A model generated the notes under the pieces. It worked only from the letters and a program-made list of their open reading frames with translations. It had not been told where the DNA came from and made no database searches. A program made the position numbers and the translations under genes. Positions 1 to 13,240 of a DNA stretch of 64,000 nt are shown here, one piece after another. Every line of letters starts with the position of its first letter. Position 1 is the stretch's first letter. Location: assembly GCF_009914755.1 (NCBI RefSeq), contig NC_060947.1. One strand, written 5' to 3'. This DNA comes from the human T2T-CHM13v2.0 reference genome, Homo sapiens.

Positions 1-489
1 TCTCACAAGTCCAAACTCCTGCAAGGGAGGGCAGGGGACTACAACTTGGCTGCTCACTCTGCAGCCCTTTCAGAAACAGCCCCAGTTTCTTATTAGTGCT
101 GATTCGCACCAGCTTTTTCCCCAGAATAGAGGACAGGGCTCTAAAGAGTGCCCGGTAAATCCCTTCCAGCCTCAAATCAAATAAGTCACTGCAGAATATC
201 ACATCCAGTAAACCTTGCCATTGTACCTCCAACAAAAAGAGAAGGGCTGCTTCTCAAAAAGAATACCACCCTCACAGCATGAGAGAGGCAGTTGCTCTAT
301 GACAACGCCACTAGACAGCAAGGACAAATATGGGATTTCCAGGCATTAAATTAAAACCATCACGCACTTCACAAATAGCAACTTTTGGGTGAAGGTGCCA
401 GCTACATTTTCTGATTGAGATGGGGAAATGTTTCTCAATGCACAGAGGAGCTGAAGAGTGCTGAACACCTGTGATAGGCTTTTCTGCCA

Positions 490-650
490 GGCATTTCATC
501 TATGTTGTCTCATTGGGGAGCCAACAACACTACAAGATAGTAATCCCATTTTGATGCTGGGGAAGCTAATGCTCCAGAAGGGTGACTTCCTCAAGGTCAT
601 CAGGAAGTGACTAACTTAGTTTGATATGAATACAAGTCTGTATGACTGAA
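490..650. mobile_element. MIR remnant
   Basis: Decayed MIR core (atcccattttgatg..ggaagctaa..gtgacttcctcaaggtca). Confidence 0.6.
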
Positions 651-759
651 GTGTCAGACTCTTTCTACCATACCAGGCTGCCTCTGGGGCTCTTCTTTCT
701 TGCAGTGTTTACAGTTTAGCTTACTGGTCTTGAAGTTAGATATTCTCCCACAGAACAGT

Positions 760-1097
760 AAGGAAAAGACAAAACAGCCTAATATCCAAGGGGCAAAAGG
801 CTTGATCAGATACTTTGGAAAAGAAGATAGCCACAGGGCTAATGGCATGTGGAAAGGTGCCTAGTTTCAGACATCATGGAAATGTGAATTAAAATCAAAA
901 TGAGATACCAGTACACACCCATCAGAATGGTAAAAAATTAAAAAGACCGGCAGTACTGAGTGTTGCTGAGGATATGGGGTAACTGGAGCTCTTATACATT
1001 GCTGGTGAGACTGTAAAATGTTATGATCACTTTGGGAAACAAACTAAATATATGCCTACTCTGTGATCCCAAAATTCCACCCATGAGTCTATATACC
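760..1097 (+). mobile_element. Old L1M (L1MC/ME-type) 3' region, left part
   Basis: Decayed L1 ORF2-end motifs (aaatgagataccag..cccatcagaatgg..aaaattaaaaagac; ggatatggggtaactggagctcttatacattgctggtgag); continues at 7426. Confidence 0.75.
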
Positions 1098-4000
1098 CAG
1101 TGATGTGCTGGGGCTGGCTCCTACTGACTCCTGAAATCTGACTGGCCACATCTTTTCCAAACTCCCACTCCATTGGTAGAAGAAAAATGGCCATGGTGGG
1201 GTATTTACCAACACAAACCACAGCTTTTTTATTATTATTATTGTTATACTGTAAGTTCTAGGGTACATATGCACAACGTGCAGGCTAGTTACATAGGTAT
1301 ACACGTGACATGCTGACTTCACAACACCCATCAACCCGTCATTTACATTAGGTATTTCTCCCAGTGCCATCCCTCCCCTAGCCTCCCACCCCACGACAGG
1401 CCCTGGTGTGTGATGTTCCCACCCTGTGTCCAAGTGTTCTCATTATTTAATTCCCACCTATGAGTGAGAACATGCACTGTTTGGTTTTCTCTCCTTGTGA
1501 TAGTTTGCTGAGAGTAATGGTTTCCAGCTTCATCCATGTCCCTACAAAGGACATGAACTCATCTTTTTTGTGGCTCCATAGTATTCCATGGTGTATATGT
1601 GCCACATTTTCTTAATCCAGTCTATCATTGATGGACATTTGGGTTGGTTCCAAGTCTTTGCTGTTGTGAATAGTGCCGCAATAAACATACGGGTGCATGT
1701 GTCTTTATAGTAGCATGATTTATAATCCTTTGGGTATATACCCAGGAATGAGATCGCTGGATCAAAAGGTATTTCTACCTCTAGATCCCTGAGGAATCAC
1801 CACACTGACTTCCACAATGATTGAACTAGTTTACACTCCCACCAACAGTGTAAAAGTGTTCCTATTTCTCCACATCCTCTCCAGCACCTGTTGTTTTCTG
1901 ACTTTTTAATGATTGCCATTCTAACTGGTGTGAGATGGTATCTCATTGTGGTTTTGATTTGCATTTGTCTGATGACCAGTGATGATGAGCATTTTTCCAT
2001 GTGTCTGTTGGCTTCTTTTGAGAGGTGTCTGTTCAAATACTTTGCCCACTTTTTGATGGGGTTGTTTGTTTTTTTCTTGTAAATTTGTTTGAGTTCATTG
2101 TAGATTCTGGATATTAGCCCTTTGTCAGATGGGTAAATTGCAAAAATTTTCTCCCATTCTATAGGTTGCCTGTTCATTCTGATGGTAGTTTCTTTTGCTG
2201 TGCAGAAGCTCTTTAGTTTAATTAGACCCCATTTGTCTATGTTGGCTTTTGTTGCCATTGCTTTTGGTGTTTAAGTCATGAAGTCCTTGCCCATGCCTAT
2301 GTCCTGCATGGTATTACCTAAGTTTTCTTCAAGGGTTTTTATGGTTTTAGGTCTAACATTTAAGTCTTTAATCCAACTTGAATTAATTTTTGTATAAGGT
2401 GTAAGGAAGGGATCCAGTTTCAGCTTTCTACATATGACTAGCCAGTTTTCCCCGCACCATTTATAAAATAGGGAATCCTTCCCACATTTCTTGTTCTTGT
2501 CCGGCTTGTCAAAGATCAGATGGTTGTAGATGCGTGGTGTTATTTCTGAGGCATCTGTTCTGTTCCATTGGTCCATATCTCTGTTTTGGTACCAGTACCA
2601 TGCTGTTTTGGCTACTGTAGCCTTGTAATATAGTTTGAAGTCAGTTAGCGTGATGCCTCCAGCTTTGTTCTTTTGGCTTAGGATTGACTTGGCAATGCAG
2701 GCTCCTTTTTGGTTCCATATGAACTTTAAAGTAGTTTTTTCCAATTCTGTGAAGAAAGTCATTGGTAGCTTGATGGGGATGGCATTGAATCTATAAATTA
2801 CCTTGGGCAGTATGGCCATTTTCACAATATTGATTCTTCCTATCCATGAGGATGAAATGTTCTTCCATTTGTTTGTGTCCTCTTTTATTTCATTGAGCAG
2901 TGGTTTGTAGTTCTCCTTGAGGAGGTCCTTCACATCCCTTGTAAGTTGGATTCCTAGGTGTTTTATTCTCTTTGTAGCGATTGTGAATGGGAGTTCACTC
3001 ATGATTTGGCTCTCTCTTTGTCTGTTATTAGTGTATGGGAATGCTTGTGATTTTTGTACATTGATTTTGTATCCTGAGACTTTGCTGAAGTTGCTTATCA
3101 GCTTAAGGAGATTTTGGGCTGAGACGATGGGATTTTATAAATATACAACCATGTCATCTGCAAGCAGGGACAATTTGACTTTCTCTTTTCCTAATTGAAT
3201 ACCCTTTATTTCTTTCTCTTGCCTGATTGCCCTGGCCAGAACTTCCAACACTATGTTGAATAGGAGTGGTGAGAGAGGGCATCCCTGTCTTGTGCCAGTT
3301 TTCAAAGGGAATACTTCTAGTTTTTGCCCATTCAGTATGATATTGGCTGTGGGTTTATCATAAATAGCTCTTATTATTTTGAGGTACTTTCCATCAATAC
3401 CTACTTTATTGAGAGTTTTTAGCAAGAAGGGCTGTTGACTTTTGTTGAAGGCCTTTTCTGCATCTATTGAGATAATCATGTGATTTTTGTCGATGGTTCT
3501 GTTTATGTGATGGATTACGTTTATTGATTTGCGTATGTTGAACCAGCCTTGCATCTCAGGGATGAAGCCAACTTGATTGTGGTGGATAACCTTTTTGATG
3601 TGCTGCTAGATTCAGTTTACTAGTATTTTATTGAGGATTTTTGCATCGATGTTCATCAGGGATATTTACCTAAATTCTCTTTTTTTGTTGTGTCTCTGCC
3701 AGGATTTGGTATCAGGATGATGCTGGCCTCATAAAATGAGTTAGGGAGGATTCCCTCTTTTTCATTGACTGGAATAGTTTCAGAAGGAATGGTACCAGCT
3801 CTTCTATATACCTCTAGTAGAAGTTGGCTGTGAACCCCTCTGTTCCTGGACTTTTTTTTGCTTGGTAGGCTATTAATTATTGCCTCAGTTTCAGAGCCTG
3901 TTGTTGGTCTATTCAGGGATTCAACTTCTTCCTGGTTTAGTCTTGGGAGGTTGTATGTGTCCAAGAATTTATCCATTTCTTCTAGATTTTCTAGTTTATT

Positions 4001-4282
4001 TGTGTAGAGATGTTTATAGTATTCTCTGATGGTAGTTTGTATTTTTGTGGGATCGGTGGTGATATCCCCTTTATCATTTTTTAATGTGTCTATTTGATTC
4101 TTCCCTCTTTTCTTCTTTATTAGTGTTGCTAGTGGTCTATCTATTTTGTTGATCTTTTCAAAAAACCAGCTCCTGGATTCACTGATTTTTTGAAGGGTTT
4201 TTTGTGTCTCTATCTCCCTCAGTTCTGCTCTGATCTTAGTTATTTCTTGCCTTCTGCTAGCTTTTGAATGTGTTTGCTCTTG

Positions 4283-5260
4283 CTACTCCAGTTCTTTTAA
4301 TTGTGATGTTAGGGTGTCAACTTTACATCTTTCCTGCTTTCTCTTGTGGGCATTTAGTGCTATAAATTGCCCTCTACACCCTACTTTAAATGTGTCCCAG
4401 ACATTCTGGTTTGTTGTGTCTTTGTTCTCATTGGTTTCAAAGAACATCTTTATTTCTGCCTTCATTTCGTTATTTACCCAGTAGTCGTTCAAGAGCAAGT
4501 TGTTCAGTTTCCCTGTAGTTGCTTGGTTTTGAGTGAGTTTCTTAATCCTGAGTTTTAATTTGATTGCACTGTGGTCTGAGAGACAGTTGGTTGTGATTTC
4601 TGTTCTTTTACATTTGCTGAGGAGTGCTTTACTTCCAACTATGTGGTCAGTTTTGGAATAAATGTGGTGTGGTGCTGAGAAGAATGTATATTCTGTTGAT
4701 TTGGGGTGGAGAGTTCTGTAGGTGTCTGTTAGGTCTGCTTGGTGCAGAGCTGAGTTCAATTCCTGGATTTCCATGTTAACCTTCTTTCTCATTGATCTGT
4801 CTAATATTGACAGTGGGGTGTTAAAGTCTCCCATTATTACTGTGTGGGAGTCTAAGTCTCTTTGTAGGTCTCTAAGCACTTGCCTTATGAATCTGCGTGC
4901 TCCTGTATTGGGTGCATATATATTTAGGATAGTTAGTTCTTCTTGTTGAATTGATCCTTTTACTATTATGTAATGGCCTTCTTTGTCGCTTTTGATCTTT
5001 GTTGGTTTAAAGTCTGTTTTATCAGAGACTAGGATTGCAACCCCTGCCTTTTTTTGTTTTCCATTTGCTTGGTAGATCTTCCTCCATCCCTTTATTTTGA
5101 GCCTATGTGTGTCTCTGCATGTGAGATGGGTCTCCTGAATACAGCACACTGATGCGCCTTGAGTCTTTATCCGATTTGCCAGTCTGTGTCTTTTAATTGG
5201 GGCATTTAGCCCATTTACATTTAAGGTTAATATTGTTATGTGTGAATTTGATCCTGTCAT
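4283..5260 (-). pseudogene. L1 ORF2 N-terminal fragment: uninterrupted APE-like endonuclease domain ending at a premature stop
   Basis: [17 protein letters not shown]...IQETH...NIYAPN...GDFN...SKTDH...LSDH; 325 aa. Confidence 0.93.
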
Positions 5261-5323
5261 TATGATGTTAGCTGGTTATTTTGCCCATTAGTTGATGCAT
5301 TTTCTTCCTAGCATTGATGGTCT

Positions 5324-6324
5324 TTACAATTTGGCATGTTTTTGCAGTGGCTGGTACCGTTTGTTCCTTTCCATGTTTAGTGCTTCCTTCAGGAGCTCTT
5401 GTAAGGCAGGCCTGGGGGTAACAAAATCTCTCGGCATTTGTTTGTCTGTAAAGGATTTTATTTCTCCTTCACTTATGAAGCTTAGTTTGGCTGGAGATGA
5501 AATTCTGGGTTGGAAATTCTCTTGTTTCAGAATGTTGAATATTGGCCCCCACTCTCTTCTGGCTTGTAGAGTTTCTGCGGAGAGATCCGCTGATAGTCTG
5601 ATAGGCTTCCCTTTGTGGGTAACCCGACCTTTCTCTCTGGCTGCCCTTAACATTTTTTCCTTCATTTCAACCTTGGAGAATCTGACAATTATGTGTCTTG
5701 GGGTTGCTCTTCTTGAGGAGTGTCTTTGTGGTGTTCTCTGTATTTCCTGAGTTTGAATGTTGTCCTGCCTTTCTAGGTTAGGGAAGTTCTCCTGGATAAT
5801 ATCCTGAAGAGTGTTTTCCAACTTGGTTCCATTCTCCCCGTCACTTTCAGGTACACCAATCAAACGTAGATTTGGTCTTTTCACAGTCCCATATTTCTTG
5901 AAGGCTTTGTTCGTTTCTTTTTACTCTTTTTTCTCTAAACATCTCTTCTTGCTTTATTTCATTAATTTGATCTTCAATCACTGATACCCTTTCTTCCATT
6001 TGATCAAATTGGCTATTGAAGCTTGGACATGGTTTTCAGCTCCATCAGGTCATTTAAGGTCTTCTCTACACTGTTTATTCTAGTTAACCATTCATCTAAT
6101 CTTTTTTCAATGTTTTTAGCTTCCTTGCAATGGGTTCGAACATCCTCCTTTAGCTCGGAGAAGTTTGTAATTACCGACCTTCTGAAGTCTACGTCTGTCA
6201 GCTTGTCAAAGTTGTTCTCCGTCCAGCTTTGTTCCGTTGCGGGTGAGGAGCTGTGATCCTTTGGAGGAGAAGAGGCACTCTGGTTTTTAGAATTTTCAGC
6301 TTTTCTGCTCTGGTTTCTCCCCAT
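5324..6324 (-). pseudogene. L1 ORF1, frameshifted
   Basis: MGRNQSRK... N-terminal part and ...REKG...ARREWG...PAKLSF C-terminal part in different frames; a deletion is visible near 6025. Confidence 0.9.
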
Positions 6325-7425
6325 CTTTGTGGTTTTATCTACCTTTGGTCTTTGATGTTGGTGACCTACAGATGGGGTTTTGGTGTGGATATCCTTTCTG
6401 TTGATTTTGATGTTATTCCTTTCTGTTTGTTAGTTTTCCTTCTAACAGTCAGGTCCCTCAGCTGCAGGTCTGTTGGAGTTTGCTGGAGGTCCACTCCAGA
6501 CCCTGTTTGACTGGGTATCACCAGTGGAGGCTGCAGAACAGCAAATATTGCAGAAGAGCAAATATTGCTGCCTGATCCTTCCTCTGGAAGCTTCATCCCA
6601 GAGGAGCACCCACCTGTATGAGGTGTCAGTCAGCCCCCACTAGGTGGTGTCTCCCAGTTAGGCTACACGGGTGTCAGGGACCCACTTGAGGAGGCAGTCT
6701 GTCCATTCTCAGAGCTCAAACACTGTGCTGGGAGAACCACTGCTCTCTTCAGAGCTGTCAGTCAGGTACGTTTAAGTCTGCAGAAGCTGTCTGCTGCCTT
6801 TTGTTCAGCTATGCCCTGCCCCCAGAGGTGGAATCTACAGAGGCAACAGGCCTTGCTGAGCTGCGGTGGGTTCCGCCCAGTTTGAGCTTCCAGGGCAGCT
6901 TTGTTTACCTGCTCAAGCCTCAGCAGTGGCGGACGCCCATCCCCCTGCCAGGCTGCTACCTCGCAGGTCGATCTCAGACTGCTGTGCTAGCAGTGAGCAA
7001 GGCTCCATGGGCATGGGACCTGCCGAACCAGGCGTGAGATATAATCTCCTGGTGTGCCATTTGCTACGACTGTTGGAAAAGCGCAGTATTTGGACGGAAG
7101 TGTCCCAATTTTCCAGGTACAGTCTTTCATGGCTTCCCTTGGGTAGGAAAGGGAAATCCCCTGACCCCTTGCGCTTCCTGGGTGAGGCGATGCCCCGCCC
7201 TGCTTCGGCTCACCCTCTGTGGGCTGCACCCACTGTCCAACCAGTCCCAGTGAGATGAACCAGCTACCTCAGTTGGAAATGCAGAAATCATCTGTCTTCT
7301 ACGTCGATCACGCTGTGTGCTGCAGACCAGAGCTGTTCCTATTCGGCCATCTTGGAATGGAAGTCAAGCTATTTTTATTATAGAACTGACTGTTCAATAT
7401 TTACCAACATACCACTATGTACACC

Positions 7426-7935
7426 TGAGAGAAGTGAGTGCATATGTCTACCAAAGGCTATGTAAAACAAAGTTTATAGCAGTTTTAATTAAAGAACAAC
7501 CAAACTGGAAACAACCCAAAGGTCCACCAACAGGAGAATGGAAAAGTAAATTGTGGTATTTTCACACAATGGACTACTACACAGCAAAAATAAATAAAAA
7601 TAACAGTATTGATAAGCACAACAAGATGGATAAATCTCACAGGTCAGTTAAGTAGAAGATGGCAGACACAGAAGAGTGTATTCTACGTGATTCCATTTTT
7701 AGGAAGCTGAAGAATAAGCAAGACTAGCTGAAGTTGATAGAGTCAGAATAGCTTTCCTCTGGGGATAGTGGGGTTATTGACTGGGAAAGGACATGAGAGG
7801 GCCCTCTGGGTACTGTAAATATGCTATGTCTTGATCTGAGCAATGTTTATGTGTATCTATATATAAAAATTCATTAAATATGCACTTAACATTTACACAT
7901 TGTACTGTATATAAATCATACCTTAATTATGAAGA
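7426..7935 (+). mobile_element. Old L1M 3' region, right part
   Basis: caaactggaaacaacccaaaggtccaccaacaggagaatgg...tgtggtattttcacacaatggactactacacagc is typical L1M 3' sequence. Confidence 0.8.
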
Positions 7936-7940
7936 GTGTA

Positions 7941-7941
<1 letters not shown>

Positions 7942-7985
<44 letters not shown>
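7942..7985. repeat. (AC)22 microsatellite
   Basis: Directly visible. Confidence 0.98.
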
Positions 7986-7986
<1 letters not shown>

Positions 7987-8969
7987 GTATTCAGTGACCC
8001 TGTCAGTAAGGTGGAAGAGTTAGACTACCATCCCAGCAGTACAGAACATCCAACAATGGTGAGTACCAAGAAGAAGAAAGGCAGCCTGAATCTTGGCAGA
8101 CAAATCAGCCCAGTTTTAGTGACATCCAACTCACTGCCATCGTGGGGACTTTCAGCACCTGTACTGGCAGCAATGCCGATGCATGGAGAATTTGTCTCCA
8201 TCAGCACATACTCCCCAGGCACATCACTGCCTGGGAAGGAATCCAGTGAACACATCAGCTGTCTCTCCCACACACCTACTGCCATAACAGCAGAAATCCA
8301 GAAATGTAAAGATAGGGACTTTCATCCAACTTGGGCAATATTCCAGCATTTGCTGTCAACAGAGAACACTGAAGCCTGAGACCTTACCTGTTGAGATGAT
8401 CCGGAAGGTTGCAAAGAGGCTTCTAACTATGTCTCTAAGCTTTTATTCCAAATAAAGTAAAAGCCAAACAAATGCCTGCTTCCTTTATCATCAGCCAGAA
8501 GAAAAATAAGAGATCATGCCATCTCACAGCTCTCCATTCCTGGCAGGATGCAGGTCTAAGTACTTCTTGAAGAGTTACGGTACATTCTCATCAGCAGTGT
8601 ACCCTAGACCCAACATGTGATTAGCCTTAAGCCTTAATGAAAAGATTGGACTGTGTCCCAAATGAGGGTGAAGTGCAGTTGACAGCATCAGGCCATCTAC
8701 ACTCGTGAACTTGTTTGGGCCACTTGGAGAAATATTTATTGCATACCTACTGTGTTCATCGTCATAAAAATGTGCCTACCATCAAAAGATTGAGTATGAA
8801 GAGAAGCTCACAAGATCCTAGCTTTATTCCCTAACGGTTGAGTGTTGTGTGTTCAAATATGGCTGTGTGAAAATAATACAAGACATTGGGGAGTTGGTTT
8901 TAGAATGGCTTAGTGTTTTGAGGACACTAGGAAACTCGAATTCCAGAGGCTATGAGAATTATTGGACAT

Positions 8970-9426
8970 TTTCTTAGTTTGTGTTTCAGAAGCCAATCCT
9001 GAAACAAGAAATCAAGTAAAGGCAGCTTACTTGGGAGGTGTAGGGCAAACAGAAGGGAGCAGAGGGGAGAGAAAGAAAGAGGAAGGAGCCTAAAAGGGCA
9101 TATAATTAAGCAGGCCACTTCTGTGGGCAACTAGAGCACAGTCACACTGGGGGAAGCTCTGGGAACCAGCTTACAACACACTCACCCCAAAGTGATCCCA
9201 CCCATGGGGAGGGAGCTGGGTATTTATAGGCCAAGTCCCATCTGTCATTGGTTGAGGGATGCTCCTAAGGAGTGTTAATTCCCCAGCACTTCTGGCCTGC
9301 CAAGCAGATGGTGAAGTGGGCTCTGTGACAAAGAAGTGTGGGTGCTGGCATTTGAAGTCGGGCAGGTGTGCTCTCAAGAGATAAGGGCTAGAGGATATGA
9401 GCAGGGTGCCAACTGCATCTGCTGCA
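8970..9426 (-). mobile_element. LTR33-like ERVL solo LTR (copy 1)
   Basis: Shares motifs with the other copies: ttgggaggtg, ctgtgggcaactag, ggagctgggtatttat, cattggttgaggg, ttaattccccagcactt, ending gcatctgctgca. Confidence 0.7.
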
Positions 9427-9829
9427 GAGGAACTTAAAGCAATTGGCCAGGAACTTCTCTGCTTGTATAGTCTATGACTGCACTTTAGAAGTGTACATAC
9501 AGAAAATTGAAAAGCCACACATCAGCTAAATCTACATATCTATAAATCTACAGTTGATAGATGGCACATTAAGACCCAAACCTGGGAAATGCAGCCCAAA
9601 TGTTTAATCAGTACCATGGAGCTGAAAGTTGTCATCCTGTTCTATTACCTGGCTTATTGCCTTGGCTAAGCTGTCCAGATCTATAAAAAAGTAAAGGCAT
9701 AAACCTTCTGTCTCCTTCAAGCTAGTATGACCCCCACGGTTCAGACCTTCATTTCGTCAGTGAACTAGTTGTTACATTGGTGTCTTATTTTGTCTCCCTG
9801 GTTACACTCTTCATCCTTTCCAATGTAGC

Positions 9830-10408
9830 TACCACACTGCAGGCAGAGTGAACTTCCCAAGACACACTTCTGATCATTTCATCCGCTGATAAAATCTTTG
9901 ACTGGCTCGCAGTTGCCCACAGGACAAAGTCTGTCTTCCAAGTTCAACTAACAAGGCCTTGTGTGATTGGGACTTTGCCTGCCCCTCTGGCTTTCCTCTC
10001 CGTTTTCCTACCAGCCTGAATTACTTCCATTTCCCCTGACATCCTTTTTGTGCCTCTGAAACTTTGCCCATGCCTTAGCTTCCACCTGAAATACTCTCTC
10101 AACCAGTTCCACGCCCTGAGCCAAACCTCTGCCCTTAATTAACTCTTCCTCATTCTTGGGTCCTAATTTAGAAGTCAGTTCATCTAGAAATCGTCCTTGA
10201 TGACTGCAAGGCCAGTGTGGGTGCCCTTCCCTTAATACTCTGCACTTCTTTTGTCTTAGAACTCCACAAAGATTTTGTAGTTGTCTTGTTGCTTGTCTTT
10301 ATCTCCCACAGTTTGAATTTTCTGTGAGGGCAGAACCATGTTTGTCTTGCTCACATGGCTTCAGGTAAGATTTACTAATAGTAACTAATAAATTTCAATG
10401 AATGAATA
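9830..10408 (+). mobile_element. LINE-2 3' end
   Basis: Typical L2 motifs (gcccacaggacaaagtc, tgagggcagaaccatgtttgtcttgctcac) and terminal aatgaatgaa. Confidence 0.7.
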
Positions 10409-10489
10409 AGATCCTCCGTCGTCTGACCCCTGTCTCCTTTCCAGCTCTTATTCTATTGCACACTCACCACTGCTACACACATGCTCCTG

Positions 10490-10491
<2 letters not shown>

Positions 10492-10521
<30 letters not shown>
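10492..10521. repeat. (AC)15 microsatellite
   Basis: Directly visible. Confidence 0.95.
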
Positions 10522-10523
<2 letters not shown>

Positions 10524-11471
10524 CTGCATCCCCCTCACATATGCATATATCCTGGACACCAACATACTAGACTCCCTATACCCCTTTAGCTATTCCTATC
10601 ATAGCACTGTAACACTCACTGGACTTTGTGGTTCGCTTGCGCTAATCAATTCTGAGAATCTGCCTGAAGTCCCTCCACTAAACTCTACGTTACTTGAAGA
10701 TAAAGTTATGTCTTAATGTTCTTTATCTCTCCAGGGCTTACGTAATGCCCAGTATGGTGTAGTCCCTTAATATATGTTGAGTAAATGCATCATTGCTATA
10801 ATTGGTGATGAAGTGCAGAAGACTTTATCAGCATGACTTCTGATTCTCAACAAAGCAAAAAACCTCTGGCCTCCCACCTGCCCAGTGTCTGAGACCCATC
10901 ACAGACTTCACATCTGCAAGCCTTGAAAATTTTCATTAGCCAAATTAGCAAACCATTGTCACCATTAAAGCAAGATAGAATCACCAGAGTGACACCTTTG
11001 GACATGAAAGCAATCTTTGCTCCGGGCTGGGCATATCACTTCCAAAAGCCACATGCCAGTGAGACAGCTTAGTAGAAGCTATCTGTCAATTTCAGTAGGG
11101 CTGGCGTGCTCAGGGAAGGTAGATGAAATGTTCTGAGGGTCCTATGGATGCACTCCACCTCTAAAGTAGCAAGCAAAACCAGGCTGCAGGATAACTGAAT
11201 CTTGCAAAAACATCCGAGTCTTGACGTGGAAGGAAGTTGCAATAGTGGGAGCATAGGTGTGGTTGGAAGTGATTACAGACAAGAGGAGTTTTTCCAAATT
11301 ATTTTCCTGGAGACCTTTATGATGACAGGATAGTATCACGTGCAATATTCTAGGTTCCATCAGCAGCAGTGGGCTACAAACCAAAGGACTGTCACCTCAG
11401 GTCGGCTGTGAGGCATAAGCAGATGAAGTTACATCAGTGCTTGCATCGTCTGAGACATCCAGAGATAGGAA

Positions 11472-11596
11472 GGGTATACAACCTAGTTTGCCTGTGATAG
11501 TCCCATTTTATGCCTATTGTTCCTGTGAAATTAACACTGCCCTCTTGCACTCCCAAAAGTGTTCCAGTTTGGATGATAAATTATATGGTCACACTA
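11472..11596 (-). mobile_element. MER94-like hAT MITE
   Basis: aaaagtgttccagtttggatgataaattatatggtcacacta terminal motif. Confidence 0.65.
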
Positions 11597-12348
11597 CCCA
11601 TCAACAGCATTAACAGGAGGAGCAGAATCTTCAGATAGACATGGATGGTAGGTACATAGAAATTCTTACAATAGTCTCCAGACTTCTGTATTTAAAAAAA
11701 AAAAAAAAACTTTTCAAAATAAAAGGAAATATGAAAAACAAATACACTTGAAAAATTCAAACTACCCTATGATTAAGCATAGCACATAATTATTTCAGAC
11801 CTCAGTTGCCTACCTAAATTGTTTCTCTGCTCTTATTTTTTTAGATTATAGTTTAACCATATCCATTTGTCTAATGAGATCAGCCATTTGTCTGCAGCAT
11901 GTAAGCAACAGGAGCAAATTCAATGTCATCTGTTTATTTAAGATGTAAATGATATGCATGTAGCACAGTAGCCTTTGGGTACAAATGAAGTATCATTCAA
12001 TGTCACCGGAGAAATATAAATCAGCAAGAAGGAACAAACACTAAAGGTTTCATCAGCACATCTTTGTTGTGCTCCTTTTATGTGCCAGGCACTACTCTAG
12101 GTACTTGGGATAGGATTGAGCGAAACAAAATCCCTGCCGTCGTGAAGCATATATATTCTAGTGTAAAACTCCCCGTGGGGAGAGATGATACCCAAGTCCT
12201 ATAAGACCCCCAACTTCAATCTGATATTTTCAGTAAATCCACACACCGCAAGCCCCTTTATACAAATATGTTCTGTAAAGTTTTGTTTTGTTTTTTTCTT
12301 TTTCGTCGTGTGTTTCTGAGGTCAAGGGGTTATATAAGAAACATACAT

Positions 12349-12814
<466 letters not shown>

Positions 12815-13034
12815 TTACTGTTTAGTACTGGTCGGAGTTTTGTTGCTTTTCTAGACTGCTTTGTCATGTTTGACCCCCGACTTTGCTACCTCATCACCAT
12901 CTCCTGCTGTGAGTTGACCACGTTTAAGCCTAATACCAGAAAGCAAATTTATCAATATCCAAATGTCCAAAGCACAGAGATTAGGGGATAAAGTCTTTAC
13001 TTTTCCAGAAGAACTCTCATTAGGGGACAATTTT

Positions 13035-13240
13035 CTGAGCCCAGGATTTAAATCTGGGCTGATCCACTTACTAAATTTGTGGCCATGGACAAGTTATTTA
13101 AGCTCCTAGAGGCTCAGCTTCCTCACGCGCAGATGGAGGGGTAATATCTACCTCCCTGATTTGCTGTGAGGGTTAAATAAGATGATAGATTGTAGCATTC
13201 TTTGCACAATGTCCGGCACTTAGCAAGCACTTAGTACCTT
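13035..13240. mobile_element. MIR
   Basis: ggacaagttatttaagctcc..ctcagcttcctca..gtgagggttaaataagatg. Confidence 0.7.

Larger units (their letters stand above)
1236..7366 (-). mobile_element. Full-length LINE-1, L1PA5-7 type (most like L1PA6), retrotransposition-dead
   Basis: 5' end CCAAGATGGCCGAATAGGAACAGC on the minus strand at ~7355. ORF1 pieces (6013-6324, 5324-5884) and ORF2 pieces (4283-5260, 3656-3976, 3135-3554, 2271-3002, 1797-2258) carry stops and frameshifts. 3'UTR with decayed A-tail; approximate TSD agct(a)tttttattat at 1222 and 7367. Confidence 0.96.
1098..7417 (+). mobile_element. MER63-like hAT-Blackjack MITE split by the L1PA (parts 1098-1224 and ~7367-7417)
   Basis: TIRs cagtgatgtgctgg ... 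ccaacataccacta; internal ggccatggtggggtatttac; degenerate 8-bp TSD tatatacc / tgtacacc. Confidence 0.7.

Noticed and set aside
1891-6510. + strand ORFs over the L1
   Set aside because: Antisense frames of L1 ORF1/ORF2, typical of any L1PA copy.
8151-8172. RE1/REST-like TTCAGCACC
   Set aside because: The right half-site (GGACAG) is absent at the proper spacing.
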